Shown: positions 11,201-20,172, counted from the first letter of the stretch. The stretch is 64,000 nucleotides of DNA from an uncultured virus (IMG/VR IMGVR_UViG_3300045995_000471) (IMGVR_UViG_3300045995_000471); one strand, 5' to 3'. A program made the numbers and translations. The notes: a model not told the origin generated them from the sequence alone.

Positions 11201-14200
11201 TATTAAGTTTGTAGTACTTATAAGATCCCAAGTTATTATCTGTATAAGTCCAAGGTAAAAAACTCCAAGTAGCCACGAAGTATATAGTAATAGTCCAGGA
11301 CTGTAAAACTCCTGTATGTGCCCAAGCATGGCTATTAAGGTTAAGTTGCCAGGTTCCGTTTGCATTTTGTCCAATAAAGGCTGATAGAGGTTGTAATGGT
11401 ATAAAAGAACCAGTGAAGGGAGAAGCACCTGCTGTGATGGACACACTAGCAAGATCATCAAAAGTAGTCTCTACAAACGAAGCCCAACTTTTAAAAACAT
11501 CAAAAAGCGTTACAGAAGTACCAGATGGCGATATTAAAGTAATGGCAGCCGGAAGCGGAGGAGGATTTGGATCTGTAGTATGCCCCTCAGATATATTGAG
11601 TGTAACAACTATTTTTGAGATTGTACCAGGCACCCCTGAGATATCCATATGGTCTGTAACTGGACCGGGCTCAGTAGCCAATCTCGGGCTACGCAATTGC
11701 ATAATTCTATCAGATGCACCACCCAAAAACTTCTCATCAATATATAAATCGGCCCATCCAAATGCTGATTGGGGGTTCTGATAAGTAGGAGAGGCTTGAA
11801 TGCTTATTGAATCTGGAAACTTGGTAGCCCATTGTGCCACGTTAGCTGGCCCCAACGAATAAGCATATATCTCCACAGGATCAGCAAATCTTAAAATTAC
11901 TGGGAATGTCTCTGAGGAAGTAATAAATCTATAAGATTGTAAATAAGTATTAGGATCATTGTCAAAAAGCTTTGAGGCATCATACTCTATACCGGAGACC
12001 GTAGAACCAGATATAGTAAACTGTGGTTGTCCATAATCATTTTCTTGGGTGTCATAACAGTATATGCTAACATTCACCGCACCCTGAGTGTTAGGAACAA
12101 TGAAGTTACAAGGACGATAGAGATAAATGGGAATACCACTAGATGTGGCCGAAAATTGTGCGGCGGCATTAAATTGTCGCCCGGATGCTCCAGGACTAAA
12201 GAGGGGCATTACTGCAGTAGGATCAATATCTGTACCTATAGTATAATACCCTGCATATCTAACACCTATACAAGGACGCTGTTGGTTATGTAGAGGAAGA
12301 TTGATATTAGTGCCAGTAAGATTACCATATTGATAAGACACAAGTCCTGATCCAGTAGCCAAGCCCATCTGTTTATTTGTGGAAGCCTGATACCAACCAA
12401 GATAATATTTTCCATCACTAGGAACTTGATATGGATCACTAAGTGTAAACCATTGAAAACCTCTGCCTGAGTGAGTAACAGTAGTTACATCAGTGATGTC
12501 AAACCATTCTGTCGCTCCTAAGGTTCTTTCTTTAAATATCTTTAGACTTATACTGCCAGAGATGTTAGCAGAAATTCCTATTTGTGACATTGCTTTTCCG
12601 CTGTCTAAAGACCAATGGCGATCAACCATAGTCCAGAAACTATTGGAGAAAGTTCCTGATACCACATTACCTGCTTCTTCCACATAGCCACCTCTCATCC
12701 CAGACACTACAGTTATATTGGCCCCGGTTAATTTAAAATTAGGGGGAATAGTAGCTAACTGGTAAGGGTAGGAACTTTGAGTATAATTTATTCTGGCTGT
12801 CGTAGTTAAATTAGAATCATTACTAACATCCATATTAGATATCTCTACTTTAGATGCCGCAGAATTACTTTGGGTGCTAGTAATTTTATACATGAAATGT
12901 CTGTATGGACCACGCGCTTCGGTATAAGGGTCTATATAATAAGGGCAAATACTTAAGGCACTATTAGTAAAGTATGAGCTGTAAGCGCCCGTTCCTGCCA
13001 CATCCCCAATAATAAGCCATACTGTGCAACCAGTTTTAGTATATGCACATAGTTTTCCTCCAGGATTCATGGTCTGTCTGTATATAGCTAAACACCACAC
13101 ATGCCCATCCAAAGGCACAGTGTATGGATTAGTAAGAACAAGACGATACCAGCCCCCACCAGGATGATTGAAGGCCTGTAAAAAAGAAAAATACCCTTGA
13201 TTTACAGTCGTTTGGTAGGCCACCTTCAAATTCATATAACTAGTTGTGTCATTATAAATATCAACGTACCCTATCACCGAACCTGATATCAAAGGGCTAC
13301 CCCAGTTTGCCCATGTTGTGTTATCCCAATTAACAACATTGGAAGTTGGAGTGGCCTTACTCCACCCTCCCGATAGAGTTGCTCCTTGAGGAAGAATAGT
13401 CCAATCACTATAATCTCCCACCAGGGGGCTAGGAATAGATGCTTCAGGAAAAATACTTACCCACCCCGACGTTGTAGTATAACTGGGAGAACTAACATTA
13501 GAGCCGTATATATCTACACTTTTCGGAAACGTATTTTTCCACCCAATAGGAAGACCAGTATTTGGGTCTAGAGTCAGAGGATCAGTAATAGATTGTATTA
13601 CAGATTGAAACCTAAATTTGGAGAGCACTCTAGGTTTATAACGATAGTCCATAACTATACTTATTCCAGATCCAACTGGATCACTGCTCACGAATTGAGT
13701 ATATGTGCTTCCATCAAACAAATATTTCTTACTACCACCCTTATTAGGAACTATACAAGTATATCCACCCAGGCTACCCACAGCGTCCGTGATATTTGCT
13801 TCCGATACGCGAAGGGCATCATACCAAGAACCATAATTAGAACCAAATTTAATTCGGTAGTTGCTATAATTACCAGGGGTAGAAAGAATAAAAGGATTAC
13901 AAAATCTACCTGGCCCAATAGGCAGAGATAAGGTACCAGTGATTAAAGTAGTCCAATTAGAATCACTGGTGAGAACAGGGTTTGAGAGATTAGATACCGC
14001 TATCTCTATATCTTTAGGAAATTCTCGCGCCCAATAAGTTTCGTTATAAGAGGCTCGAAAAGAAAACGAATTGAACTGTCTGGTAAACCCTTTGAGAGAC
14101 ATTCCTATATATACTGGACCCGCAGTAATGTGTTTTCCACTATGAAACTCTACCCCAGAGTAAGTATCAAATAACCAAGTAGCTTCGCATCCAGCCACAC

Positions 14201-17200
14201 AAGTTGATTCTGTTATAAAATATAAACCGCTAGGAACCGTATCCACATATTGGTGCTCTGTTCTTATACCAATATCATCAAATTTTATTACTGTACCAAC
14301 TTGAACATCCGAATGTTCTGTCCCTCGATCAATCTCAATGACCTGATAAGATGTCGTCTCCGGATGTATATTTTCTACCCAGTGTTTAGACATAAACTGG
14401 AATGAAGTAGAATCACACGCTACAATGTCTTTCATACCATTGTAGTAATTAGTGCCAGATACTCTAATCAGATCTCCGATCTCAAGAGTATTACCTGCAG
14501 ACGGGAAAATAACTGTATTAGACTGTCTTACATCCACTGAATCCAAAAAAGTAATACCTGAATACATTGTATATTTAGTCATATCTAAAGTTTGTAAATC
14601 AAAAGAAGATGACCCCGGCCTATAAAAATAACGAGAATCGGATGTAGCAGCCTTAGGTATGTATGCAGTATTGCCTATATCCAAAACAAAGAGAGCATTC
14701 TTATCGCTAGGAACAGTGGTATTGATCCAGTCAGAAGTTAGTTTAGTGTGAGCAGGAAGAAGATGTCCCCGGCTGCCGCTGAATGTAAGTTCCGCATAAG
14801 GGGCTGTTCCTACTGGGTTGAATACCAACCCTTTAATAGTAATCCCTTGTATTAAAGATTCTTTAACACCGGTAGAAACTAAGGCAACAGCAAGTTGTGG
14901 GTAGCCTCCAGTAAAACGACTATATGCCGATGCAGGAACTCCGGTCAGATCCTCAGCAGTCATGCGATTGTTAGCATTTGAGAACGCATGCCAAATAGCT
15001 CGACGTGCATTATTATCATCTGCATTGCGCCAATTATCATACCAATATTTCCACACGCCACCCTCTATCTTCGCAATAGTTTGCCAGCCCCCAAACTTCC
15101 AGACCTGGTAACTATTACCCATATCAAATGAAATAGCATAGTATGCGGTTGAACCTCCCCACATACGTTCTATTGGTGCTATAGTATTTATCGAATCAAA
15201 GTATAAACTAGAGGTCACTATAGTCGGAAATATACCTGGGGCAGAGCGGTGTTCACAAAAATCCATCTCGCATATATCTGTTGTCTCTATGGCTTTAGGG
15301 GCGCAGTGTGGGCCTCCTCCAACAATATTGTAGCTATCAACACTATAAACCCATATTCTATAATAGCGGTACATATCCACTATAGGATAATCTTGCCATT
15401 CAGTTCGGTCACATGAAAGAGGAATTCTCCTATCAGGAGGGTGCTGTTCAGTAGTAAACCCCTCAGCATAGTTAGAGACTTCTTGGACAGTTATCCAATT
15501 ACTATTATCATCACCTCCTATATTAGATGCTTGTATCCTCCAGCCCGTAGGATGAGAAGGAGGCACCCCTCCTATTGGGGGACATCCTAAGCCTGCCGAC
15601 ATGCCACATAACCATAGTTGTATCCAAAGCCTGTACTTAGAGAAAGCTTTAGGAACACCCATGTCTATAATAAATTTAACGGGCATAGGGCCACGATAAC
15701 TCATATCTACCCAAGGACAAGGTGCCATAGAAATAAGTGTTGACCATGGTTGGGCCATACAACGATCAAAAAATTTGTTTAGGAGAGGCCACCCGGTCCA
15801 ATCCCCCTCAACAATAGGATCTTGGGGTTCACACTTAACTGACAGGGCACCGGCCCACTTCTCAGAATTACGGGTAGAATAACCGTGGCGCGGATCTTGC
15901 CAGTAGTAGTCTATAGAAAGAAACTTATCAAATACATAATGGGCTTTATATAATTTGTCATAACTTAGATTGGGCATTCCAGTTTCATACTCTGGAGTTA
16001 TGGAAGGACCGGGCCCACTAGATAGATAGCCAGAACTATCATAAAATATATCATATATTGCAGTAACATTAGTATCTGTTTCTTGCGTGCCTAGTTCCAC
16101 ACTACCAAAAGTCTTTCCATAGCCATCGTAGCTTATAATATATGCAGAATGACCATCAGCAAAAGCAATTTGATTATAAGGCAAAACATCTCTACAATGT
16201 TGCTTCAATCCATAATCATCCACACCTGGTCCAAGGGATATAATCTTATGCATCTTTGCATTAGATGTAAATACTTCTGGATCATATATTCCCCACACAA
16301 CTATAATATTTGAGGTAGAGAAGGTCAGGACAGCATAGTGCCCATTATAAAAATGTGTTCCATATATTGCAATAAAGTCTCCAGGTTGCAAACCATGATT
16401 GGTAGCTCTAAATCCAATAACATTTGCATCATACATAATTGCCGCTTGCCCGTCATCAAAATCTACTTCTATACCCTCAAAATGTCCGTAGTGTTTGGAT
16501 TTCTCTATCGCAATATAATCAGAATTAGGATCTGGAGCTACGATGCCTTGGTAAATAGAATCCTCTAACACAATACGATCACTGCGCCATCTATCAATTA
16601 TTCCTTTCAGATTGTGAACTTCAAAACTAGAGTTAGAAACAAAATCCAGTGTTGCTTCGTTTGCAGCAGCGGGCATATATGACAAGGAATTTATTGGGGT
16701 GTCTTGTGAACCACCACTTAGTGTTACACGAATACCATCACCAAACTTAGTCATGAGAGTGTTAGGAAGTATTTGTCTAATTGTGCCGGAAGCTAACAGA
16801 ATTTCATCTTTTGGGTATGCACCAGACCATGTAGTATATTGTGCCCATGTTCCAGTAATTGGAGAACCAACGTCTAGAGGTATAGCAGCACTTTCGAAAT
16901 GACCCCTAGTAGGAGAGTCAGATACCCAATATCTTATTTGGCCCCTGGCGTCATAGTCCTGGGTATTATCACCAAAAGTATATCTTGATTCTTCTACATT
17001 GACCTTAGCAACTCCTATGGCTTCAATATGAAGAGGGTCTATTTCAGTAGGATTTACTGTGGCTTGAATGAAGTGTTGTTCGGGAGTCTCTGGAGGAACA
17101 GCAAATATTTGTCTGATAGATTTATTACTATTAGTAGTATCAGTAAATTCCTGCTCGAAGAGAGTAGTATAGGAGGCTGACTTTAATTCTAGGGCGCCGC

Positions 17201-17633
17201 CCAAATTAAAGGGCATTATATCAGATTCAAAATATCCTCTAAGATAATCTACACTATTCCAATATCTGATTTGGCCACGTAAGTCCTCTGATTGAACTTT
17301 ATCCATGGAGTTTAAACTAACAAGGTAGGAGGAAGTATTAAGTGAGGATTGTGGAAGAGTAACACCTATCTCATATCTATTACCAGTAGTAGTGGTATAG
17401 CATCTGAAAGCTCCAAGATATATAGAGCCACTAATAGAAATCTCCAGGCAGGTATACTGTCCTGGAGATAACGTAATTCCTGATGCACTAAAATTGTTGT
17501 TTGTTAGTGCTCTTACTTCATTGGTGGTTAGTTGTCGGTATGTGTACGAGTCCCAATAAGGTTTGGGTGCGTATGCGTCATCCCCCCTAATACATAAAAC
17601 AGTTCCACTTGTTGACAAGTAATTGTTGAGCAT
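5223..17633 (-). CDS. Giant multidomain tail fibre/adhesin-like protein (4,136 aa) with several F5/8C-like domains, a LamG/concanavalin-A domain, a P-domain and a propeller-like C-terminus
   Basis: Long ORF, beta-rich S/T/G/Y composition. Discoidin patterns: LFD...FP...I.AS...W...YRYYRI. LamG pattern: LLAWHPLDD...YTICFWFKP...WYHISVTF...FIDG...FNKILLDTEIYDIY. Three G-D-x-I-x-I-x-G-x-x-x-YNG repeats typical of phage tail proteins. Confidence 0.75.
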   Translation of the reverse strand: MLNNYLSTSGTVLCIRGDDAYAPKPYWDSYTYRQLTTNEVRALTNNNFSASGITLSPGQYTCLEISISGSIYLGAFRCYTTTTGNRYEIGVTLPQSSLNTSSYLVSLNSMDKVQSEDLRGQIRYWNSVDYLRGYFESDIMPFNLGGALELKSASYTTLFEQEFTDTTNSNKSIRQIFAVPPETPEQHFIQATVNPTEIDPLHIEAIGVAKVNVEESRYTFGDNTQDYDARGQIRYWVSDSPTRGHFESAAIPLDVGSPITGTWAQYTTWSGAYPKDEILLASGTIRQILPNTLMTKFGDGIRVTLSGGSQDTPINSLSYMPAAANEATLDFVSNSSFEVHNLKGIIDRWRSDRIVLEDSIYQGIVAPDPNSDYIAIEKSKHYGHFEGIEVDFDDGQAAIMYDANVIGFRATNHGLQPGDFIAIYGTHFYNGHYAVLTFSTSNIIVVWGIYDPEVFTSNAKMHKIISLGPGVDDYGLKQHCRDVLPYNQIAFADGHSAYIISYDGYGKTFGSVELGTQETDTNVTAIYDIFYDSSGYLSSGPGPSITPEYETGMPNLSYDKLYKAHYVFDKFLSIDYYWQDPRHGYSTRNSEKWAGALSVKCEPQDPIVEGDWTGWPLLNKFFDRCMAQPWSTLISMAPCPWVDMSYRGPMPVKFIIDMGVPKAFSKYRLWIQLWLCGMSAGLGCPPIGGVPPSHPTGWRIQASNIGGDDNSNWITVQEVSNYAEGFTTEQHPPDRRIPLSCDRTEWQDYPIVDMYRYYRIWVYSVDSYNIVGGGPHCAPKAIETTDICEMDFCEHRSAPGIFPTIVTSSLYFDSINTIAPIERMWGGSTAYYAISFDMGNSYQVWKFGGWQTIAKIEGGVWKYWYDNWRNADDNNARRAIWHAFSNANNRMTAEDLTGVPASAYSRFTGGYPQLAVALVSTGVKESLIQGITIKGLVFNPVGTAPYAELTFSGSRGHLLPAHTKLTSDWINTTVPSDKNALFVLDIGNTAYIPKAATSDSRYFYRPGSSSFDLQTLDMTKYTMYSGITFLDSVDVRQSNTVIFPSAGNTLEIGDLIRVSGTNYYNGMKDIVACDSTSFQFMSKHWVENIHPETTSYQVIEIDRGTEHSDVQVGTVIKFDDIGIRTEHQYVDTVPSGLYFITESTCVAGCEATWLFDTYSGVEFHSGKHITAGPVYIGMSLKGFTRQFNSFSFRASYNETYWAREFPKDIEIAVSNLSNPVLTSDSNWTTLITGTLSLPIGPGRFCNPFILSTPGNYSNYRIKFGSNYGSWYDALRVSEANITDAVGSLGGYTCIVPNKGGSKKYLFDGSTYTQFVSSDPVGSGISIVMDYRYKPRVLSKFRFQSVIQSITDPLTLDPNTGLPIGWKNTFPKSVDIYGSNVSSPSYTTTSGWVSIFPEASIPSPLVGDYSDWTILPQGATLSGGWSKATPTSNVVNWDNTTWANWGSPLISGSVIGYVDIYNDTTSYMNLKVAYQTTVNQGYFSFLQAFNHPGGGWYRLVLTNPYTVPLDGHVWCLAIYRQTMNPGGKLCAYTKTGCTVWLIIGDVAGTGAYSSYFTNSALSICPYYIDPYTEARGPYRHFMYKITSTQSNSAASKVEISNMDVSNDSNLTTTARINYTQSSYPYQLATIPPNFKLTGANITVVSGMRGGYVEEAGNVVSGTFSNSFWTMVDRHWSLDSGKAMSQIGISANISGSISLKIFKERTLGATEWFDITDVTTVTHSGRGFQWFTLSDPYQVPSDGKYYLGWYQASTNKQMGLATGSGLVSYQYGNLTGTNINLPLHNQQRPCIGVRYAGYYTIGTDIDPTAVMPLFSPGASGRQFNAAAQFSATSSGIPIYLYRPCNFIVPNTQGAVNVSIYCYDTQENDYGQPQFTISGSTVSGIEYDASKLFDNDPNTYLQSYRFITSSETFPVILRFADPVEIYAYSLGPANVAQWATKFPDSISIQASPTYQNPQSAFGWADLYIDEKFLGGASDRIMQLRSPRLATEPGPVTDHMDISGVPGTISKIVVTLNISEGHTTDPNPPPLPAAITLISPSGTSVTLFDVFKSWASFVETTFDDLASVSITAGASPFTGSFIPLQPLSAFIGQNANGTWQLNLNSHAWAHTGVLQSWTITIYFVATWSFLPWTYTDNNLGSYKYYKLNTYFYNHPDSKFISLGGVSTRVNQPSITQTTVTGTMNVIRDISDSGKGLAKVELREAAGDRRSVSHLLDTITIDGRTEASPGTHFFRGENNTYTDCSPLIEITCSGSLLPTTYLDLIGKQLLAWHPLDDEDGDYKDLSGNEIIGIRVGNLHTVPGWHGNATSILAEDGTDSHILFTLPPRLTSYTICFWFKPAHSLYTDYPYIYDIMGGWIDYGAIPGGWNISFQNHYVFTGSPYPYKQSNKPQTIVGSIVFGNYGASISSSKKIWNYKTWYHISVTFKPGGDYAMFIDGTWDSDAAFVYSDVYPPAPEIMVDPSDIHYDDHQKNNCMYFGLPMQGSDGIKGEFSLCHVMHFNKILLDTEIYDIYKMVSPTNSPTIIPFTRDQYIGNSNPIILRFADLVSINKVELLPSISGGYIVPGLHWQLSGQGLQDWEPIPTTQALTSTLYNFENTHEYDTYAIEILDCTASGILLRGLSLRATPFIPTVAGAYQSMTSGIDLQNYYLTSFEVDMNEPELINTELVGDTATNTFTTEKLYQYPSIDRYIVKRSNWSTGPITQLPSLTVTQSGINLDWVRMTVSGGDYYMYIFDMSSGHVPYNSQGNGFLVGDSYSATQTGVVGFTYTPSGCNIISRIVGRSNDLTFLPMASPNINPGNKVEIQGLPNYNGMHTIMDTSISGVSIYNDYYPVTPSGGARKVIGLSNDYVGTKVVFETPYQIISVGDTATVSGDHSSSTINYIRGLGLVGSGIKNVSNANTVVGMTTTSGHLNFTQLARLSSIDALSYEPAGSFISHAVSFDGRATFKIFKNGAWLSVGNTPTTFRTSVEGGQTFLTPELEAVTESNWHMPGAITSVSGTLDFMFYLSGPTTLSGYNIKYLSRPTSTGIAYSSSLLPSGYSYQVLPSGVANPYVYTDIPLVLDTAKEVTYGRSEVSYARLYFAASVTGTNISEVAWLDTQVPNDTYYLETFTYPTSDCPITDSGGNYIYNLTDEHVRTGGEIVKEQETKYYVISNIPRSLGLYYGELRVYFEPNLGAPSITTQSGSGNLFKWDTNQIIAMAPQLSSDHYSIYFWSKYAVESLPVSVKNSNPVASGIQRVTELAVFPMNHTQTNIIPNTFNLLEDADTHNITSFIPTTSGLLQQLYTTVSGANQLNLSTPHLERLLSPTISGGVPILPGTSIRLESALGQFGGKASELDIYTNTASGLQVVVATQSLPQVGSLIWSYYCPVWSGGKFSWVFPSASGVVNVRIYIVNTLSGTSDFYNKIGWIEGIQLLNYGGEIDFGPTGSGVSNLDLPTIYNRYDHIQIYNNNTNSEYADARVLPRYSNNYHLDRIVKLSGDGNVWSHLDIGLNLPEDKPFELGEFQNTEISFDGYVQLVPTATSGTWTSPIIEILDPSSNAAYIYCQNVNSTESYVNKDFQSVMNVVEVRSSFTKQTHSFLATAVYTDPLDGKQLPWKMVAFDSDGSPSSWQRNPGVHSYLSRGTDLSKQGSNAYNLLAPRRYWSYTTRAPLWQFYGFMDSQRYAGATLGLENHNADWTSDGYYHDTYTGEPTGVWRAEDWYTYYSVFPGDLSMVGGSHVADSANLHIYPRTNPFAIPIFSKPLRYTMRTEGGVSKPAAHVVDVVMRPSPFYERFEENYFSDSVFHLRNLYTFVGAANTPESNTEIDYIYSFLGKSEYLLSDNIRVGACLDNQSNSFGYWVHYAYSTESDSYYETLLVTDDVVQKTFSNIRHRFNYIVEGSPGAPQGFWGIEEQCVYWIEYTGNSLVERFAIPADETGRGFKLLTFANIDGSNNLWFVDLATERVVRVNFANLEQGLSPVDYVRVVPGAVSVYPDPYDGSAYVYIIRDPQFPTSDCIKIVHVGDYDYTLPETVCAVPGCPIIDSYNINLYGRSTYPTGHFDILPQDPLWTAGGLPWQRYSAGSPTLPKGHYKQLRVTLLRQDIESVSPQIQYIRIPVPALLNKIPWKGYRDIFIDTLPHQDEVNLPAGDYTLDLLVWWPRD
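10110..10850 (-). other. LamG/concanavalin A-like lectin domain inside the 4,136-aa protein
   Basis: LLAWHPLDDEDGDYKDLSGN...YTICFWFKP...KTWYHISVTF...YAMFIDG...HFNKILLDTEIYDIY. Confidence 0.75.
11280..11690 (-). other. Proprotein-convertase P-domain-like module inside the 4,136-aa protein
   Basis: DISGVPGTISKIVVTLNI...ITLISPSGTSVTLF...TTFDDLA...PFTGSFIPLQPLSAFIGQNANGTWQL...GVLQSWTITI matches the P-domain consensus. Confidence 0.8.
16870..17285 (-). repeat. Diverged internal protein duplication (~110-aa period) near the N-terminus of the 4,136-aa protein
   Basis: DLRGQIRYWNSVDYLRGYFESDIMPFNLG...IRQIF vs DARGQIRYWVSDSPTRGHFESAAIPLDVG...IRQIL. Confidence 0.75.
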
Positions 17634-17666
17634 TCATCCCTTCTTTTAGCCTTTGCCTCGTTAAAA

Positions 17667-18374
17667 TTAACTTGAGTAGTCTATTTGATTGGCTATCGAC
17701 ATTACAGCCCATTTAATAGCCTCATCAATATTTCCATGTGCGGATCTGGGCTCTTGCATCACCCCGGATGCAGAAGTAGCAAGACTAAAAGAATTCTGGT
17801 ACCCTATAGTAAAACCAAGAGCATTTGCCAGGGTTCCCCCCGTCACCTTTACACTAGATGTATTAGACCAATTAGATGAGTCATTGTATGAAGATTTAGT
17901 TGATCCAGACAAAATCAAAAACCTTCCATCTTCGTATGTAACTTGAGAATTCAAGTATCCCAATTTGTTAGCAGCACTCACTTTGACTCCGGTACCAGAT
18001 GCGACTGCCTGCAGTTGAGACTCTAGACTTTGAGCAACAGTTTGCCCAGAAAGAGTACCACCTGCCACCGCTAGACTTACAGCACCACCATCCGCCTCAT
18101 CTATGGCTACTGTTAGTGTACCCCCTCCGCCTGTGTTAATAGGAGAGTTCACATTAAAAGACTGTGCCCACCCCCGCCTTATCTCATACAAAAATATAGG
18201 GTTAACAGGCGTTCGGGCCACATTGTCTGTATAGGCACCGGTAGAAGCATAGACCCAAATAATATATTTATTATCACCATCACCGCCAACAGGTATTCTA
18301 GGCGTTACATCTACAACGACCTGCTTAGTATTATTAGGGTATGCTGCAGAATAAACAGTTTCCGTAATAGCCAT
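17667..18374 (-). CDS. Hypothetical virion structural protein (235 aa) with a segment resembling tail-sheath/DUF3383-type insertion domains
   Basis: AAGGAGG RBS; GTLTVAID...VAQSLESQL...VTYEDGRFLILSGST...SSVKVTGGTLANALGF pattern. Confidence 0.5.
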   Translation of the reverse strand: MAITETVYSAAYPNNTKQVVVDVTPRIPVGGDGDNKYIIWVYASTGAYTDNVARTPVNPIFLYEIRRGWAQSFNVNSPINTGGGGTLTVAIDEADGGAVSLAVAGGTLSGQTVAQSLESQLQAVASGTGVKVSAANKLGYLNSQVTYEDGRFLILSGSTKSSYNDSSNWSNTSSVKVTGGTLANALGFTIGYQNSFSLATSASGVMQEPRSAHGNIDEAIKWAVMSIANQIDYSS

Positions 18375-18740
18375 TTAAACCTCCTTATAACGTTCACCGA
18401 TAACTACCGTAGTAAAATAATAACAATCAGGATCATCACAAAGCCATCCTGGGGGGTTGGATTTAGGCACCATCCTCCCTTGTGTGGTTGCATGATCTGA
18501 GCAGGGATAACTATTGTATGGAGTAGCATAGTACGTTAAATCAGCAGAGTTCCCTACCACTAAGTCGCCTGTTACAGACGAGGGTACTCCATTTATAATC
18601 CCTGTAAAAACCGTTCCTATATGTCTAAACTCGTCCCGATAAGCCGTACTGTACGGGCATAGTCTATAACTATAGCCGTGCTTTGGTGACTTATCAACGG
18701 GAACTTGATCTAGACCAAAAGTTTTTCTGGTCCAGCCCAT
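18375..18740 (-). CDS. Hypothetical protein (121 aa), possible metal-binding (C...CxxH...CxxxxC)
   Basis: ORF in the operon, stop directly adjacent to the next ATG; RLCPYS, PCSDH, LCDDPDCY. Confidence 0.6.
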   Translation of the reverse strand: MGWTRKTFGLDQVPVDKSPKHGYSYRLCPYSTAYRDEFRHIGTVFTGIINGVPSSVTGDLVVGNSADLTYYATPYNSYPCSDHATTQGRMVPKSNPPGWLCDDPDCYYFTTVVIGERYKEV

Positions 18741-18746
18741 GATTAG

Positions 18747-18980
18747 TTACTCTACACTAATTTTGAGGCCAACTCCAGTTGAGTGGGTCCACGGAACTAG
18801 CATGGGGTTTATGACCGCACCAGTTACTAAGTGGACATACTCTAATTTAATACCACTTCCTGCCAATATAGGTGTGTCAGCTTTGGTGTAATAATGACCG
18901 CCACCAGAAGCAGTAGCGTCTTTATAACGTCTAGATCCACCTAGACCAGTGTTTACATGTAGATCACTTCCTTGTCCCAT
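18747..18980 (-). CDS. Hypothetical protein (77 aa)
   Basis: Strong AGGAGG RBS upstream of ATG; fills the operon without overlap. Confidence 0.65.
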   Translation of the reverse strand: MGQGSDLHVNTGLGGSRRYKDATASGGGHYYTKADTPILAGSGIKLEYVHLVTGAVINPMLVPWTHSTGVGLKISVE

Positions 18981-18999
18981 ATGTCTTTCCTCCTAATGA

Positions 19000-19410
19000 T
19001 TATATTACATCCCCTGAACTCAAGGCCCAGGCTGGATATACTAAAGTGTTGTTATGTAGATGTTCTTCATGCTTAGAACAATCTATTAAAAACCTAAAGC
19101 CATCCTCTAATTCTTTTAAAGAACCAGCCTTATTATGGGATAATATGCATGATCCCAATGTTATCTTATCTTCCGAATAGTTTACTATCTCCCAAGATAG
19201 TTTGGCTATAAAAAACCCCGTCGGAAGAAACAAGCCTGTATCGTTGTTTTGCGACGTAAAGTCCAGGCTTATATAATCGTTATCTTGTATTCGTGCTGCG
19301 TTCTGTAAGACAGGTCCTTCAAACCACGCCTCATTAAAACTAGCCAAATCACCATTATATTTCAATCCATACCAATTAAAGAATAACCTGTATGGTTCTG
19401 ATACCCTCAT
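19000..19410 (-). CDS. Hypothetical protein (136 aa)
   Basis: ORF in the operon, AAGGGG RBS-like sequence upstream. Confidence 0.6.
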   Translation of the reverse strand: MRVSEPYRLFFNWYGLKYNGDLASFNEAWFEGPVLQNAARIQDNDYISLDFTSQNNDTGLFLPTGFFIAKLSWEIVNYSEDKITLGSCILSHNKAGSLKELEDGFRFLIDCSKHEEHLHNNTLVYPAWALSSGDVI

Positions 19411-19419
19411 ATAGTCCCC

Positions 19420-20172
19420 TTAAGCAGCTAGATAAATAGGCTGTAAGTTGAGAGTTATACTTGCCTTGCCCACAACCCCGGGTGCCCAAAATGTAGAGCC
19501 CCCAATAGATTTAAATGTGCCATGACGAGTAAACATATACTCACCAATACTGGTTTGGGATGCCTGCACTGATGCACGGGCTGAGGTAACAATGCATGCG
19601 TCGTCACGGAACTGAGCACCTACTACATTCTGTAGAGCAGTTAGATCCTGAGTTTCTCCTTCAATAGTTCCTTCTGCTATACCTAATACTACATAGGTTG
19701 GTTCAGGCTCACAGTATTCATTACAGTTACCGACCTTAACAACTGAGGAAGATACGTATGCACTCCCTTGCCATTGTTCTGTGCCCATACCTACTCGGTC
19801 TTTAGAATAGGAATAACTATTTATAAAGACCTGGTGATTGAAAGTATCTACAGGAGGAGCTCCCTGAGCCGCACATATTCCAGGAACTACTGTTACTACT
19901 GCTGAGGCAGGAGAGTTAGCACAAACCGCAGTAGCACAAGTACTTAACTGTGGAGTCACACCACCATAAATACTGAAAGACACATTCACTTGTGCCTGGC
20001 GCACTGTGGCAAATTCTTTAACACCACATTGTGCAGACCCCATGCCCAAAGTGTATAGTCTGTTGGGCTGCGTACCTATATTCCATTCTACACTAACAAT
20101 GCCGTCGGTCACAGTTGTAGCATTATTAAAAGCGATGGATACTCTTGTACTATTCCCAATTATAACTGGCAC
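19420..20172 (-). CDS. Putative tail-tube-fold/baseplate protein (250 aa, GTG start)
   Basis: GGAGG RBS before GTG; IVSVEWNIGTQPNRLYTLG...VNVSFSIY resembles tail-tube beta-hairpin motifs; Cys-rich. Confidence 0.45.
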   Translation of the reverse strand: MPVIIGNSTRVSIAFNNATTVTDGIVSVEWNIGTQPNRLYTLGMGSAQCGVKEFATVRQAQVNVSFSIYGGVTPQLSTCATAVCANSPASAVVTVVPGICAAQGAPPVDTFNHQVFINSYSYSKDRVGMGTEQWQGSAYVSSSVVKVGNCNEYCEPEPTYVVLGIAEGTIEGETQDLTALQNVVGAQFRDDACIVTSARASVQASQTSIGEYMFTRHGTFKSIGGSTFWAPGVVGKASITLNLQPIYLAA

